Source: Candidatus Dojkabacteria bacterium (GTDB lineage Bacteria; Patescibacteriota; Dojkabacteria; B142; OLB20). From it: DNA of 64,000 nucleotides. The stretch lies in contig DAOMOX010000001.1 in NCBI GenBank assembly GCA_035444565.1, positions 450,335-514,334 of the forward strand, written 5' to 3'. Of this stretch, positions 48,612 to 58,511 are shown in pieces; the stretch's first letter is position 1; each line of letters opens with the position of its first letter. The notes under the pieces were generated by a model. It was not told the origin of the DNA, searched no databases, and worked only from the letters and a program-made list of their open reading frames with translations. Made by a program: the position numbers and the translations under genes.

Positions 48612-49400
48612 ATGAACTTGATAAAAGAATCTCTCAATCTAGATTTTAAATTCTTGTTAATAAGCGAGATTAGCTTATTAGATAGATTCAATCTAATTAT
48701 AAAAAAATACCTGTATTTTATTCTCAGGTTATTGGGAGCAAACAAAAGAAATCACGGGAAATTTCTAGGTAAAGAATTCACTTTTCCCAATAAGTATGGG
48801 TATGTTGGTTTACAAAGAGTAATTGTTGATAATATTTTTCTAAAAAAATATCTACCTGAGAGAATAAGCGTTGTAGATATTGGTGCGCATGCGGGGGAAT
48901 TTGCCTTTTTTCTTGAAAAAATTATCAATGCAAAAAAAGTTGCAAGCGTGGAGCCATTTCAGACTACTTTTGAAATTCTAAAGAAGAATTTCCCTAATAA
49001 CCAAAATTTTCAATATGCGATAACAAACAAAGAAGATGTTGAATTGTATATCTCAGAAATAAGTACACAACTGAACTCTTTATTTCCAGATGATTCCAGG
49101 AAACAAAATCAAAAAATAAAAGTCCCTTCAATTACATTGAGTAAATTTGTTTCAGATGAAGTTAAAGGGGAGTTTCATTTATTAAAAATTGATACTGAGG
49201 GTTCAGAATACAATGTATTAAATAGTGGATTAGATGTAATCAATAAGTTTAAATATCTTCTTGTTGAAATTGAATTAGAGAGAGAAGGGTATCTAAAAAT
49301 ATTAGAACTTCTTAGCGGACAGAAAAATTATAAATTGATTGCAATGGGTGACTACAAACAAGGTCAGCGAGCTGTTGATGTCTTGGTGAAGAAAAACTAA
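48612..49400 (+). CDS. FkbM family methyltransferase
   Basis: VDIGAHAG, VEP, LLKIDTEGSE. Confidence 0.9.
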   Translation: MNLIKESLNLDFKFLLISEISLLDRFNLIIKKYLYFILRLLGANKRNHGKFLGKEFTFPNKYGYVGLQRVIVDNIFLKKYLPERISVVDIGAHAGEFAFFLEKIINAKKVASVEPFQTTFEILKKNFPNNQNFQYAITNKEDVELYISEISTQLNSLFPDDSRKQNQKIKVPSITLSKFVSDEVKGEFHLLKIDTEGSEYNVLNSGLDVINKFKYLLVEIELEREGYLKILELLSGQKNYKLIAMGDYKQGQRAVDVLVKKN

Positions 49401-49475
49401 GCTGGATATAAAATAGTTCTACTTTTCTCTTGAAATTCGCTATACTGATAGCAAATATTATTCGACTGCCCAGTC

Positions 49476-50036
49476 ATGGTTCAAAAAAAAGGCTTTAACC
49501 TTCTCAAAACTCAAGTAGAACCACAAACTATATGGACTAAAATCTACAAGTGGACCACTACCACTGCAAGAGCAATTATGGTCTTGGTAGAATTAATCAT
49601 TGTTGTAGCATTTGGTTTCAGAGTCGTGGTAGATCTACAATTCAAAAACTTCAACAAGGACATCGCCGTAAAAGAAGAAATAATGTCCGTATTACAAGAG
49701 AGCGAAACAAGACTTCGATCTACTCAAGACCGGATAGCTTTGTATGAGCAGTTATGGAGGAATACACCATATTTCAGTAATGTATACTTAGAGGTTTCAA
49801 AGATTATTCCATTAACTGTAGAGGAACTAAATATCCAAATTGTGAATGGTGAGATTACAATTCGTGGTTTTGCTAGTACTGAGACAATAGCTACGATAGA
49901 GAGCGGTTTCAAAAATTCTAGTCTGTTCACTCAAACAGAATTATCTAATATTGAATCACAAGGAAATAGTACGGATAGTTTCGTAATTAAATCTAAACTA
50001 AATAATTTACCTATGCGAAGTGAGGTATTATTCTAA
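49476..50036 (+). CDS. type IV pilus PilN-like protein
   Basis: NLL motif, TM helix, coiled coil, I.G.A...F.NS..F. Confidence 0.7.
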   Translation: MVQKKGFNLLKTQVEPQTIWTKIYKWTTTTARAIMVLVELIIVVAFGFRVVVDLQFKNFNKDIAVKEEIMSVLQESETRLRSTQDRIALYEQLWRNTPYFSNVYLEVSKIIPLTVEELNIQIVNGEITIRGFASTETIATIESGFKNSSLFTQTELSNIESQGNSTDSFVIKSKLNNLPMRSEVLF

Positions 50037-50665
50037 TGCAATTAAAAACAAGTACATCACAACTCAGAGAATATTTAGAAACTAAACAAGGCAAAACATA
50101 CTTTATTGCCATAATGACTTTAATCACCGTTGCAGTCATGCTGGTATTTGCAATAGTTCCGGCGATTAAATCTATCACAGACAAGATTGCACAGAATGAG
50201 GTCCGAAGAGAATATTTAAATGCACTTACAGACAAGGAGAAAAATATAAAAGAATTATTAATACAAGAAGAACAGTCACAGGCGCAAATACAATTTCTAG
50301 AGTCTTCGTTGCCTTCAAAACGAAATGATGAGTATATTCTTGCTAATATTGGTGAAATAGCTGAACAAAACAATGCGTATCTTTTTAATGCTGACTTTTC
50401 AGAGGATTCCGTTGCAACGATAGAATCTGATGTTGAGAGTAAGAAAAGACTAAAACAAGTACCATTGACAATTAGTGTGCAAGGTACCATTCCCAGTTTG
50501 GGTGCATTCATGAAGAAAATGGAAGAATTCCCCATGCCGTTTGTTGTGGAAAGTATGATATACGGTAATAAAGACGTACGCAGTCAAAACTTACCAGCGA
50601 ATAGAGGAGATTCTCTTTTGGTTATGAAAATTAATTATTACTACTACGAAGATGTTACAGAGTGA
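50036..50665 (+). CDS. type IV pilus PilO-like protein
   Basis: TM helix, FAI.P, coiled coil, LP, ISVQG....FMKKME. Confidence 0.7.
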   Translation: MQLKTSTSQLREYLETKQGKTYFIAIMTLITVAVMLVFAIVPAIKSITDKIAQNEVRREYLNALTDKEKNIKELLIQEEQSQAQIQFLESSLPSKRNDEYILANIGEIAEQNNAYLFNADFSEDSVATIESDVESKKRLKQVPLTISVQGTIPSLGAFMKKMEEFPMPFVVESMIYGNKDVRSQNLPANRGDSLLVMKINYYYYEDVTE

Positions 50666-50876
50666 GAAAACTTGGTACACAATGGTATTGATAGGCTTCC
50701 TTGAGGTTCTGATTTTTATTGCATATCAGTTTTATACATCAATCACTGGCCAAAACGTTGATTTAGTTAAAAAGATTGATGATACTCCGATTTCCCCTGA
50801 ACTTGGTATAGAGAAATTGACAATGAAACCAGTTTTGGAAGGAAACATTTTGATACAAAATAGTGATTTAGATTAA
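50652..50876 (+). CDS. small single-pass protein following pilO
   Basis: Overlapping operon arrangement; TM helix. Confidence 0.55.
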   Translation: MLQSEKTWYTMVLIGFLEVLIFIAYQFYTSITGQNVDLVKKIDDTPISPELGIEKLTMKPVLEGNILIQNSDLD

Positions 50877-50910
50877 AATATCACTTTAAATTCCCAATTA
50901 TTTAATAATT

Positions 50911-51861
50911 ATGGCCACACTAAATATTGGAGTCGGTGGAGTCCCATTGACCTCAAAAAAGAACAATACCGTTTCAGGAATAGTAAGAGTTAAAGAGTTG
51001 CAACTTGATTTAATGGAGATCGAGTTTGTGCATGGTGTGAAGATGACAGCAGAGAGTGCAGATTTGGTGAATAAAACAAGAGAATCATCCCAAATTGAAC
51101 TTACAATCCACGGTCCTTACTATATAAATTTGGCTTCAGATGATAATCGGAAATTTTACGGTAGTATTAAATATATTACCGATTCAATTTATATAGGGGG
51201 GTTGTGTGGGGCAAAAAGCGTAACTTTCCATCCTGCTTTTTATCAAAGGGAGGATAAGAAAATTGTTTATGAAAAAGTTAAGAAGGCGTTTAGTAAGATA
51301 TACGAAGAATTTGAAAAGCCTAAATATGAAAATCATCCTGTACAGAAAGGAGAAATAACTTTGTCACCAGAACTTACAGGGAAACCCACTCAGTTCGGAG
51401 ATATTGAGGAGTTAATAAAGTTGTCAGAAGAGTTTAAGAACGTAAATTTACGTTTTTGTATTGATTTTGCACATAAATTTGCTAGATCAAATGGCGAATA
51501 TAATGGTTACGAGAAGTTTGATGAAATTTTAAGCCTAATTGAAAAGAATTTAGGAAAGGAGTTTCTGGAGAAATTGCATATGCATGTCTCGGCTATTAAT
51601 TATGGAGAAAAGGGTGAAAAACATCATTTAACTTTCCTTCAAGGTGCAGAAGAGTACAAAGAAATGGGCGTAGTGGTTGAAGGAATTGAAAAATATTTCA
51701 ATGAGTTACAAAAAAAAGGAAAAACAATAGACGCTGGTTTCAAATGGAAGGAATTACTGCAAGTGCTAAAGGATAGAGAAGTAGGAGGATATTTAGTGTG
51801 CGAAAGCCCGATACTGGAGTATGATGCGTTGCTCTTGAAGCAAACTTACAATAATTTATGA
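50911..51861 (+). CDS. nfo: endonuclease IV-like TIM-barrel AP endonuclease
   Basis: HGPYYINL, FHP, ELTGK..QFG, DFAH, HMH.S.I...GEK.H, CESP.LE.DA. Confidence 0.85.
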   Translation: MATLNIGVGGVPLTSKKNNTVSGIVRVKELQLDLMEIEFVHGVKMTAESADLVNKTRESSQIELTIHGPYYINLASDDNRKFYGSIKYITDSIYIGGLCGAKSVTFHPAFYQREDKKIVYEKVKKAFSKIYEEFEKPKYENHPVQKGEITLSPELTGKPTQFGDIEELIKLSEEFKNVNLRFCIDFAHKFARSNGEYNGYEKFDEILSLIEKNLGKEFLEKLHMHVSAINYGEKGEKHHLTFLQGAEEYKEMGVVVEGIEKYFNELQKKGKTIDAGFKWKELLQVLKDREVGGYLVCESPILEYDALLLKQTYNNL

Positions 51862-51890
51862 TATAGTGATTAGACATTTATAAAAATAAT

Positions 51891-52829
51891 ATGGCAAAAG
51901 AAAAAACAGAGGAAATAGTTACAGAAACACCTCCAAAACACAAAAAGCCCACCGATTCAAAAGTATTACTTAATGCGGGAAGCATTTTACTTGGTGGCGT
52001 TTTGATATCAATGGCAATATTATTCTCCGGAAATGGTTTCTCCTTTGGATCGTCAGACACAGAGAATGCAACTGGAGAGGTTGCAGGTGATTGTTCTGGG
52101 GAAAACCGTTTTGGTGAGGGTTGTTATGATCAATACGCACAGGACTTGGAATTGGATTTGACAAAATTCCAGGAATGCGTTGAAGGCGAAAATTATTATG
52201 ATGTAATAGATAGTGAGTTGGCAGCGGGAGAAAAATTTGGAGTTCAGGGAACACCCTCATTTTACCTCGGAAAAGGCAATGGTGAAGAATTTGATGGGTT
52301 TTACGTAGGAGGATTAAGAATCCAAGAATTAGAAACGCTCATAGGAAAACTTGAAAAAGAAGATGTTGCTTCTGTAAACAAATATTGGACTGATTATTTA
52401 AAAAATAGTGTACAAGAATATGCACCCCAGGTACGTGAATATTATGCATCCGCCGAAGGAGGATCACTTACAGGTGATGCACTTGAAAGTGCTGTTGAGG
52501 GATATATCAATGAGCAGACAACAAGTGTTAATACTGATTATGTAGTAAGGAAACTAAATGCTGGTGATGGGCTTACACAAGGAGACGGCGAGATTGTGAT
52601 GATGGAGTTTAGTGATTATGAATGCCCTTACTGCCAGACTTTTGCAAATGATGTATTGATAGAAGCAAAAGAAAAATTCGTGGACACAGGTAAAGCAAGA
52701 TACATTTATCGTGATTTTCCTCTTGAAAATATTCACCCAAGTGCTCGTTCTGCAGCAAATGCAGCTCGCTGTGCAGGTGATCAAGGGAAATATTTCGATT
52801 ACCACGATAAACTATTTGAAATTAACTAA
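51891..52829 (+). CDS. circularly permuted DsbA/BdbD-like thiol-disulfide oxidoreductase
   Basis: GVQGTPSF (normally C-terminal) precedes EFSDYECPYC...RDFPL..IHP.A..AA.AARCA..QGKY..YHD.LF. Confidence 0.88.
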   Translation: MAKEKTEEIVTETPPKHKKPTDSKVLLNAGSILLGGVLISMAILFSGNGFSFGSSDTENATGEVAGDCSGENRFGEGCYDQYAQDLELDLTKFQECVEGENYYDVIDSELAAGEKFGVQGTPSFYLGKGNGEEFDGFYVGGLRIQELETLIGKLEKEDVASVNKYWTDYLKNSVQEYAPQVREYYASAEGGSLTGDALESAVEGYINEQTTSVNTDYVVRKLNAGDGLTQGDGEIVMMEFSDYECPYCQTFANDVLIEAKEKFVDTGKARYIYRDFPLENIHPSARSAANAARCAGDQGKYFDYHDKLFEIN

Positions 52830-52843
52830 CATTTACTCATAAA

Positions 52844-53335
52844 ATGCGAAGGGGTCTGCTCTCCCTACTGATTGCTATATTTTTTGGGACATTGTTACTG
52901 TTTATTAGTTTCAATTATTCTCCTTTCAACGTTGATGGTTTAGATAATATTATTCAGCGTTATGGTATCACCGAAGAAGATGAACTTCTTGAGGTTATTC
53001 AAAGAAGTATCGAACTTGGAATTGCCTGGGAATTCTTAGACGTAGGAATCCTGACAGCCTGGATTTTAATAATGGCAGGGTTTGTTATTTCCTTCTTTAC
53101 TTCGATACATTTATTCATTGATAAACTTTTCTTTAGGAAGTTTTTTGAATCCCCCAAAATTCAACCAGCAATCAGAAGGGGTATTATGTTGTATTTTCTG
53201 ATTTTTGCATTCGTGGGATTGCGTCTGATGGGAGCGTTAGAGTGGTACACTATTTTGATAACTGCTGTATTGTTGGCCACGGTGGAGTTTGTATTTGTTT
53301 CTACATTATCCAAAACTAATAAACGGATAAAATAG
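52844..53335 (+). CDS. hypothetical membrane protein
   Basis: 4 TM segments, AIRRG motif. Confidence 0.7.
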   Translation: MRRGLLSLLIAIFFGTLLLFISFNYSPFNVDGLDNIIQRYGITEEDELLEVIQRSIELGIAWEFLDVGILTAWILIMAGFVISFFTSIHLFIDKLFFRKFFESPKIQPAIRRGIMLYFLIFAFVGLRLMGALEWYTILITAVLLATVEFVFVSTLSKTNKRIK

Positions 53336-53415
53336 TATGAAAATAATCTCTTTAACAATAGATTAAAGAACTTAGTAATTCAATTTGCTATAATCGACTA
53401 TCATTTTGAAACATC

Positions 53416-55323
53416 ATGAGTAAGAAAGTTCTAATCGGAGTAGCATGGCCATATGTTAATGGTGATATACATGTTGGACATTTGGGAGGGTATTTGCTTC
53501 CTGCAGATATAGTTGCGAGATTTCATCGACTCAAAGGTGATGATGTCTTAATGGTATCTGGTTCTGATTGTTATGGTACGCCAATCACTGTTGAGGCCGA
53601 CAAAAAAGGATTAAAGCCAGAAGAGGTTGTAGAGATGTATCATAAGAAAGATTTAGAACTTTTCAAAATGTACGGGCTGGACTATAACTTGTATACCAAA
53701 ACAACCACTCAAAAACACAAAGAAGTGGTACACGAGGTTTTCTTGAAACTGTTGGATAACGGCTATATCGAAAAAGGCGTAATGCAACAATATTACGCAA
53801 TTGATGATAATCAATTTCTACCCGACAGATATGTCGAAGGAACCTGTCCTTACTGTAATGCAGGCAACCAAAGAAGCGATCAATGTGAAAGCTGTGGAAG
53901 ATGGTTGAAAGATGGAGAGCTCATTGACCCAGTGAGTAAATTAACTGGTTCAAAAGTCACTTTGAAGGATACAGAACATTACTTCTTGAATTTTGAGAAA
54001 TTAGAATCGCAGTTGCGCGAATATCTTGATGCAAATAAAGAAAATTGGAAGAAGTGGGTTTGGAATGAAGCAAATGGTTGGCTAAAAGAAGGTTTACAGA
54101 GAAGGGCAATCACTCGAGATATGGATTGGAGTATTGATTTACCGATTGAAGAAATCAAAAAGCGTGACGAGAGCAAACAACTGAAAGATTTTACTGGAAA
54201 ACATATTTATGTTTGGTTTGAGGCTGTGATTGGATATCTCTCAGCTACGAGAGCTTGGTGTGAGATGGAAGAAGGAACTAGTGACACAATTTTCAAAAGA
54301 GACGCGGGACAGAGCAGAAATTGGGAAGATTGGTGGAAAAGTTCAGATTCTGTTATCTATAACTTTATGGGTCAAGATAATCTTGTCTTTCATGCTTTAA
54401 TGTGGCCAGGTCAATTGATGGGTTTAGATGATGGATATCAACTGCCAAAGTTCGTTGTAGTTAATAAGTTTTTGAATTACGAAGGCAAAAAGTTTAGTAA
54501 AAGTAGAAACTGGACCATAGATTCGAGAGTAATTGCAGAAAAGTATGGGGTAGATTTGGTCAGGTATTATATTGCTAGGAATTTACCGGAAAACAAAGAA
54601 GGCAATTTCACTTGGGAGGATTTTGTGGCTTCAGTAAACAATGAATTGGTAGCTAATCTCGGGAATCTTGTGAATAGAACATTGACTTTTATTAATAGTA
54701 AATTTAATGGCGAATTAGAATCTGAAAATTTCAAGCCAGATATGACTCTGAGTCAAACAGCTTTGAAGCTTATGATAAAAACGAAAGCTTTCTTATTTTT
54801 TGAGGGTATAACGGAAAAGGAAAGGGAATCAGGAGAAAAGGATATGGTTTATAATCCAGAAATAAACAATTGGCTAGGAAGTGAACAATTTGAATATTTA
54901 AATCGTTTTACTGAACTTCAAAATGGAAGTAATGGACCATGGCTAGTTAATGCATTGGACACAGTTATGGGTTATTCGAGATTAGCAAATCAATACTTTG
55001 ATGCAACGAAAGTTTGGGAGCGTGTGAAAGAAGGCAAAGATGGGAAAGACCAGGCTCAGGAAATTTTATTAAATTTAGTAAATGTCCTGTATGATCTCTC
55101 AATAATAATGTATCCATTCATGCCGGAAACATCTGGCAAATTATTAAGAATGTTGGGACGAGAAACCATTAAAACTGAATTGGGTTCAGATATGTGGAAA
55201 TCAGTATTTGATGAGGATTGTACTAGGCAACTAATCACACATCTAAAACTCAGTGAAGTAGAACTTCTGTTTGACAAACTCGATCCCGAAAAAGTCTTGG
55301 CTGAGAAAGATTCTACTGATTAA
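53416..55323 (+). CDS. metG: methionyl-tRNA synthetase without C-terminal Trbp domain
   Basis: AWPYVNG..HVGH, CPYC/CESC knuckle, YVWFEA, KFSKS, N.LGN..NR. Confidence 0.95.
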   Translation: MSKKVLIGVAWPYVNGDIHVGHLGGYLLPADIVARFHRLKGDDVLMVSGSDCYGTPITVEADKKGLKPEEVVEMYHKKDLELFKMYGLDYNLYTKTTTQKHKEVVHEVFLKLLDNGYIEKGVMQQYYAIDDNQFLPDRYVEGTCPYCNAGNQRSDQCESCGRWLKDGELIDPVSKLTGSKVTLKDTEHYFLNFEKLESQLREYLDANKENWKKWVWNEANGWLKEGLQRRAITRDMDWSIDLPIEEIKKRDESKQLKDFTGKHIYVWFEAVIGYLSATRAWCEMEEGTSDTIFKRDAGQSRNWEDWWKSSDSVIYNFMGQDNLVFHALMWPGQLMGLDDGYQLPKFVVVNKFLNYEGKKFSKSRNWTIDSRVIAEKYGVDLVRYYIARNLPENKEGNFTWEDFVASVNNELVANLGNLVNRTLTFINSKFNGELESENFKPDMTLSQTALKLMIKTKAFLFFEGITEKERESGEKDMVYNPEINNWLGSEQFEYLNRFTELQNGSNGPWLVNALDTVMGYSRLANQYFDATKVWERVKEGKDGKDQAQEILLNLVNVLYDLSIIMYPFMPETSGKLLRMLGRETIKTELGSDMWKSVFDEDCTRQLITHLKLSEVELLFDKLDPEKVLAEKDSTD

Positions 55324-55334
55324 TCTCACTATAA

Positions 55335-56195
55335 ATGAAAAACTCTAAATTACTCCAATACTTTGAGGAAAAATTTGGTAATGTTGACTCTTTGTTCGAT
55401 ACCCATACTCATTTGATGAGCCTTTCTGATGATGAGCTTGACGCCACAGTTAAAAGAGCCAAAGATAATGGAGTGAATTATATGGTTGATGTTGCAGTTG
55501 ACCTGGAAACATCTCTCAAAACCCTGCAAAAACACAAGAAATTTCCTGAAATAATTTTCCCAACTGTCGGAATAGATCCGGAAGTAGTTGTTCCTGGGTC
55601 GGATTTGTATGATGATAGTATCGATGAGAAAAAGATTGACCAACTATTACGCGAACTTGCACAATTAGTTGAAGAAAACAAAGAAGATGTTTTAATGATC
55701 GGTGAGTGTGGACTTGATTATTATTGGATAGAAAAGCAAAACCTTACTGATGAGGAAAAAGAGCGAAGTAAATCTCTTCAGAAGAAATTGTTCATCGGAC
55801 AACTTGAGATATCTAGCAAATACAGTCTCCCGTTGACAATGCATCACCGCGATTCACTAGATGATTGCTTGAAGTTTATTCTTGAGAGTGGGTTGGACTT
55901 ATTTGGGATCTTTCACTCGTTTACAGGAAATCTTAATGATGCAAAGAATGCCATTGATAGTGGTTTTGCAATAGGAGTTAATGGGATTGCAACTTACAAA
56001 TCAGCCGAAGAATTAAGATTTTGTATTCATGAAATTGCTGGCGAGTTTGAAGCACTTCTTGATTTGTATAAAAATAATATTTTTCTAGAAACAGATGCAC
56101 CTTTTTTGCAACCGCGAGGTTCAAAGACTAAAATAAATGAAGCATCAAATATTAAATTAATCTACGATTTTCTTGCTAATGGACAGACTGACTAA
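55335..56195 (+). CDS. tatD: TatD family nuclease
   Basis: DTHTH, IGECGLDY, H.R, FHSFTG, LETDAP. Confidence 0.92.
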   Translation: MKNSKLLQYFEEKFGNVDSLFDTHTHLMSLSDDELDATVKRAKDNGVNYMVDVAVDLETSLKTLQKHKKFPEIIFPTVGIDPEVVVPGSDLYDDSIDEKKIDQLLRELAQLVEENKEDVLMIGECGLDYYWIEKQNLTDEEKERSKSLQKKLFIGQLEISSKYSLPLTMHHRDSLDDCLKFILESGLDLFGIFHSFTGNLNDAKNAIDSGFAIGVNGIATYKSAEELRFCIHEIAGEFEALLDLYKNNIFLETDAPFLQPRGSKTKINEASNIKLIYDFLANGQTD

Positions 56196-57123
56196 TATAG
56201 ATTTAACTTCTCAGATAGATAAGACAAAAAGAACAAGAGAAAGAGTGCATAAGCTAGAGCAATTAAATATTTTTCCAAAAGAGTCTGTAACCGATACAGA
56301 AGGGATGATAATTAATCTGTGCAAAGAACAAAGATGGGTTGTAAATCCTAAGTCCGATAATATTCCGGACAGCTTTTTTGACCGAGATATTGTCTCTACA
56401 ACTCAATCTCTGGGAAGGATTGATACCATCACAAACATTCTCGATCAGAATCTTAACATCAAACATAATTGGTCCAGGCTCATTACATACATTGACCTAG
56501 TAAAGCATTTAAACGACACGCTTCAGGTGCGATTGAGGTATGAGCTTCTAGAGAATAATGTAGTTGTAAAATGGATAGTCGTGGATTCTTCAAATCCCGA
56601 GGAAAGCGTATATATTTTGATAGCTCACTCAGAGGAAATATCTAACTCATGGGAACAATCCTTTCTACAAATTGACTCAACCAACAATTCCGTTTCTATA
56701 AAAGTTTTCAAATATTTCATGTTCGACGGAGACGGAATGATGCTCGAGGATTATTTGTATACGGAACTCGATAATGACAGATTAGAAGCAGATTTGAATA
56801 GCAAAAAATTAAATTTAAAAATCACCGACAACTTTGCGGGTGTTTTTGTACAAGATAGGTTTACATTACCACTTGAGGGCGATGATACCATGGGCGTAAT
56901 TCATTTTGAAGAAGTGATTGACCTGATTAAAAACGAATTAAAAAATGTCCCAGACAAGCTTGCTGTTTTAAAAAGATTCAATCTCAAGAATCATGAAATT
57001 CGTGTAGAACTGGAATCTCATATCGGGATGGAGAATCAATCTCCAAAGCTTAACCATATAGTAGCGGAATTAGAAGATATGGTAGAAGAAGTTAAAGGTG
57101 CTGATATTTTAATTTCCAAGTAA
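56173..57123 (+). CDS. hypothetical protein
   Basis: 316-aa ORF overlapping the tatD end; no recognised motif. Confidence 0.6.
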   Translation: MLMDRLTNIDLTSQIDKTKRTRERVHKLEQLNIFPKESVTDTEGMIINLCKEQRWVVNPKSDNIPDSFFDRDIVSTTQSLGRIDTITNILDQNLNIKHNWSRLITYIDLVKHLNDTLQVRLRYELLENNVVVKWIVVDSSNPEESVYILIAHSEEISNSWEQSFLQIDSTNNSVSIKVFKYFMFDGDGMMLEDYLYTELDNDRLEADLNSKKLNLKITDNFAGVFVQDRFTLPLEGDDTMGVIHFEEVIDLIKNELKNVPDKLAVLKRFNLKNHEIRVELESHIGMENQSPKLNHIVAELEDMVEEVKGADILISK

Positions 57124-57187
57124 AAAAATTTTGCAACTGCAGAAAATTGGTAGTAGATTATAGTCATATTATTAATATTTATTATTT

Positions 57188-58474
57188 ATGAAAAATACAA
57201 TCGAGCCTAACAAAATTAAGGCACTTATCACTTTTGTAGTCGTACTTAGTGTGATTACCTTTTCTTCAATCGGGTATTTAATTGGTAGGGGAAGTGGGGA
57301 TGGAATTACAACAGGGCTTACAGAAATTGAAGATTCCTCAGCAGCTGTTTACAATAATGTGCAAAAAGGGAATGTAAAATATACAAAGCCACAGTATATT
57401 CCAGTCAGGGAGGCAATGCCTTTATATTTTAAGTATACAGGTGTAAATAATACGAATGACTTGCCAGATTGGAAAATAAATTTCTGCGGTGTTGTCAAAA
57501 GATATCCGGATACTCAGGAAGTAGCTACTTCAAGAAGATTTAATACTGTTGGCTCGTGTAAGATTACTGTAAATGTAACAGTTAATGGAAAAACCGAAAC
57601 AGTAGTGTTCTATCAGAAAGTTTTAAAGATAAAAAGTACTGTTGATACCGAACTTCTTACAAATGGCGATGCATATCTTGGAGAAGATTATACTGTGGGA
57701 ATATCTTTGGATGGAAAAGTAAATGCTGCGTATAAAGGCGTAGACTGGAATTGGTCAGCGACAGGGGATTGTGAAGCGGGTTGGAGCCCATCGATTGGGG
57801 TCGATGCCGTATTAGTACTTAAATTGCTAAATCCTGGTGTTTGTACGGTCAAAGTGGTGGGTTATGTATACTATGACACATACGCAATTAAAGCAGTAGA
57901 GTCTGCACAAATCAATATTTTACCTGCGAGAGTAGTACCAACAGATGAATTGGAAGTAACAGAAATGCCAACTCCAGTGCCTTCTGTTGTAATTCCTACC
58001 CCTGCTCCTTCTATAGTAGGAGTATCCCCAACACCAGCAAGTAATCTTGCAGCAATGAGTTTGTTCCCCTCAACTTTTAAAACATCACCTAATGGTGAGT
58101 TTAAAGTTGCTATTATGGCACAACCTCCTTCCACCAACATCACAGGATATGTTACCAGTTATCAGATTCGCCTCAAGGTCCAAGGCGCATCAATTGTTGA
58201 GGGTTCATTTGTAGAAGCCGGTGGTAATTTACTAACAATTGGTACGTGTAATACATCTAATAGTGCAATCACTACAAATGAAGTATGTGTAGACGTTTCA
58301 ACTATGTCTGGATACATTCCAAATAATCAAGTATTGGGTAGTTTCACAATCAAGGCACAAACGACAAACCCAATAGTAGTTTCAACGATTCCAGGTAATG
58401 CTTATCTTTCAAATGGGCAATTGCAGTTGGCTGAAAATATTAAACTTGCGAGTTACACAGTTTCTCTCCCTTAA
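57188..58474 (+). CDS. surface protein: two Ig/PKD-like domains, PT linker, cohesin-like C-terminal domain
   Basis: TM helix, W..C..C domains, PTP repeats, LFPS......GEF.V.I...LG.F.IKA. Confidence 0.65.
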   Translation: MKNTIEPNKIKALITFVVVLSVITFSSIGYLIGRGSGDGITTGLTEIEDSSAAVYNNVQKGNVKYTKPQYIPVREAMPLYFKYTGVNNTNDLPDWKINFCGVVKRYPDTQEVATSRRFNTVGSCKITVNVTVNGKTETVVFYQKVLKIKSTVDTELLTNGDAYLGEDYTVGISLDGKVNAAYKGVDWNWSATGDCEAGWSPSIGVDAVLVLKLLNPGVCTVKVVGYVYYDTYAIKAVESAQINILPARVVPTDELEVTEMPTPVPSVVIPTPAPSIVGVSPTPASNLAAMSLFPSTFKTSPNGEFKVAIMAQPPSTNITGYVTSYQIRLKVQGASIVEGSFVEAGGNLLTIGTCNTSNSAITTNEVCVDVSTMSGYIPNNQVLGSFTIKAQTTNPIVVSTIPGNAYLSNGQLQLAENIKLASYTVSLP

Positions 58475-58511
58475 AATGAAAAGTGGTCTGTCTATCGTTT
58501 CTAACGAAACC

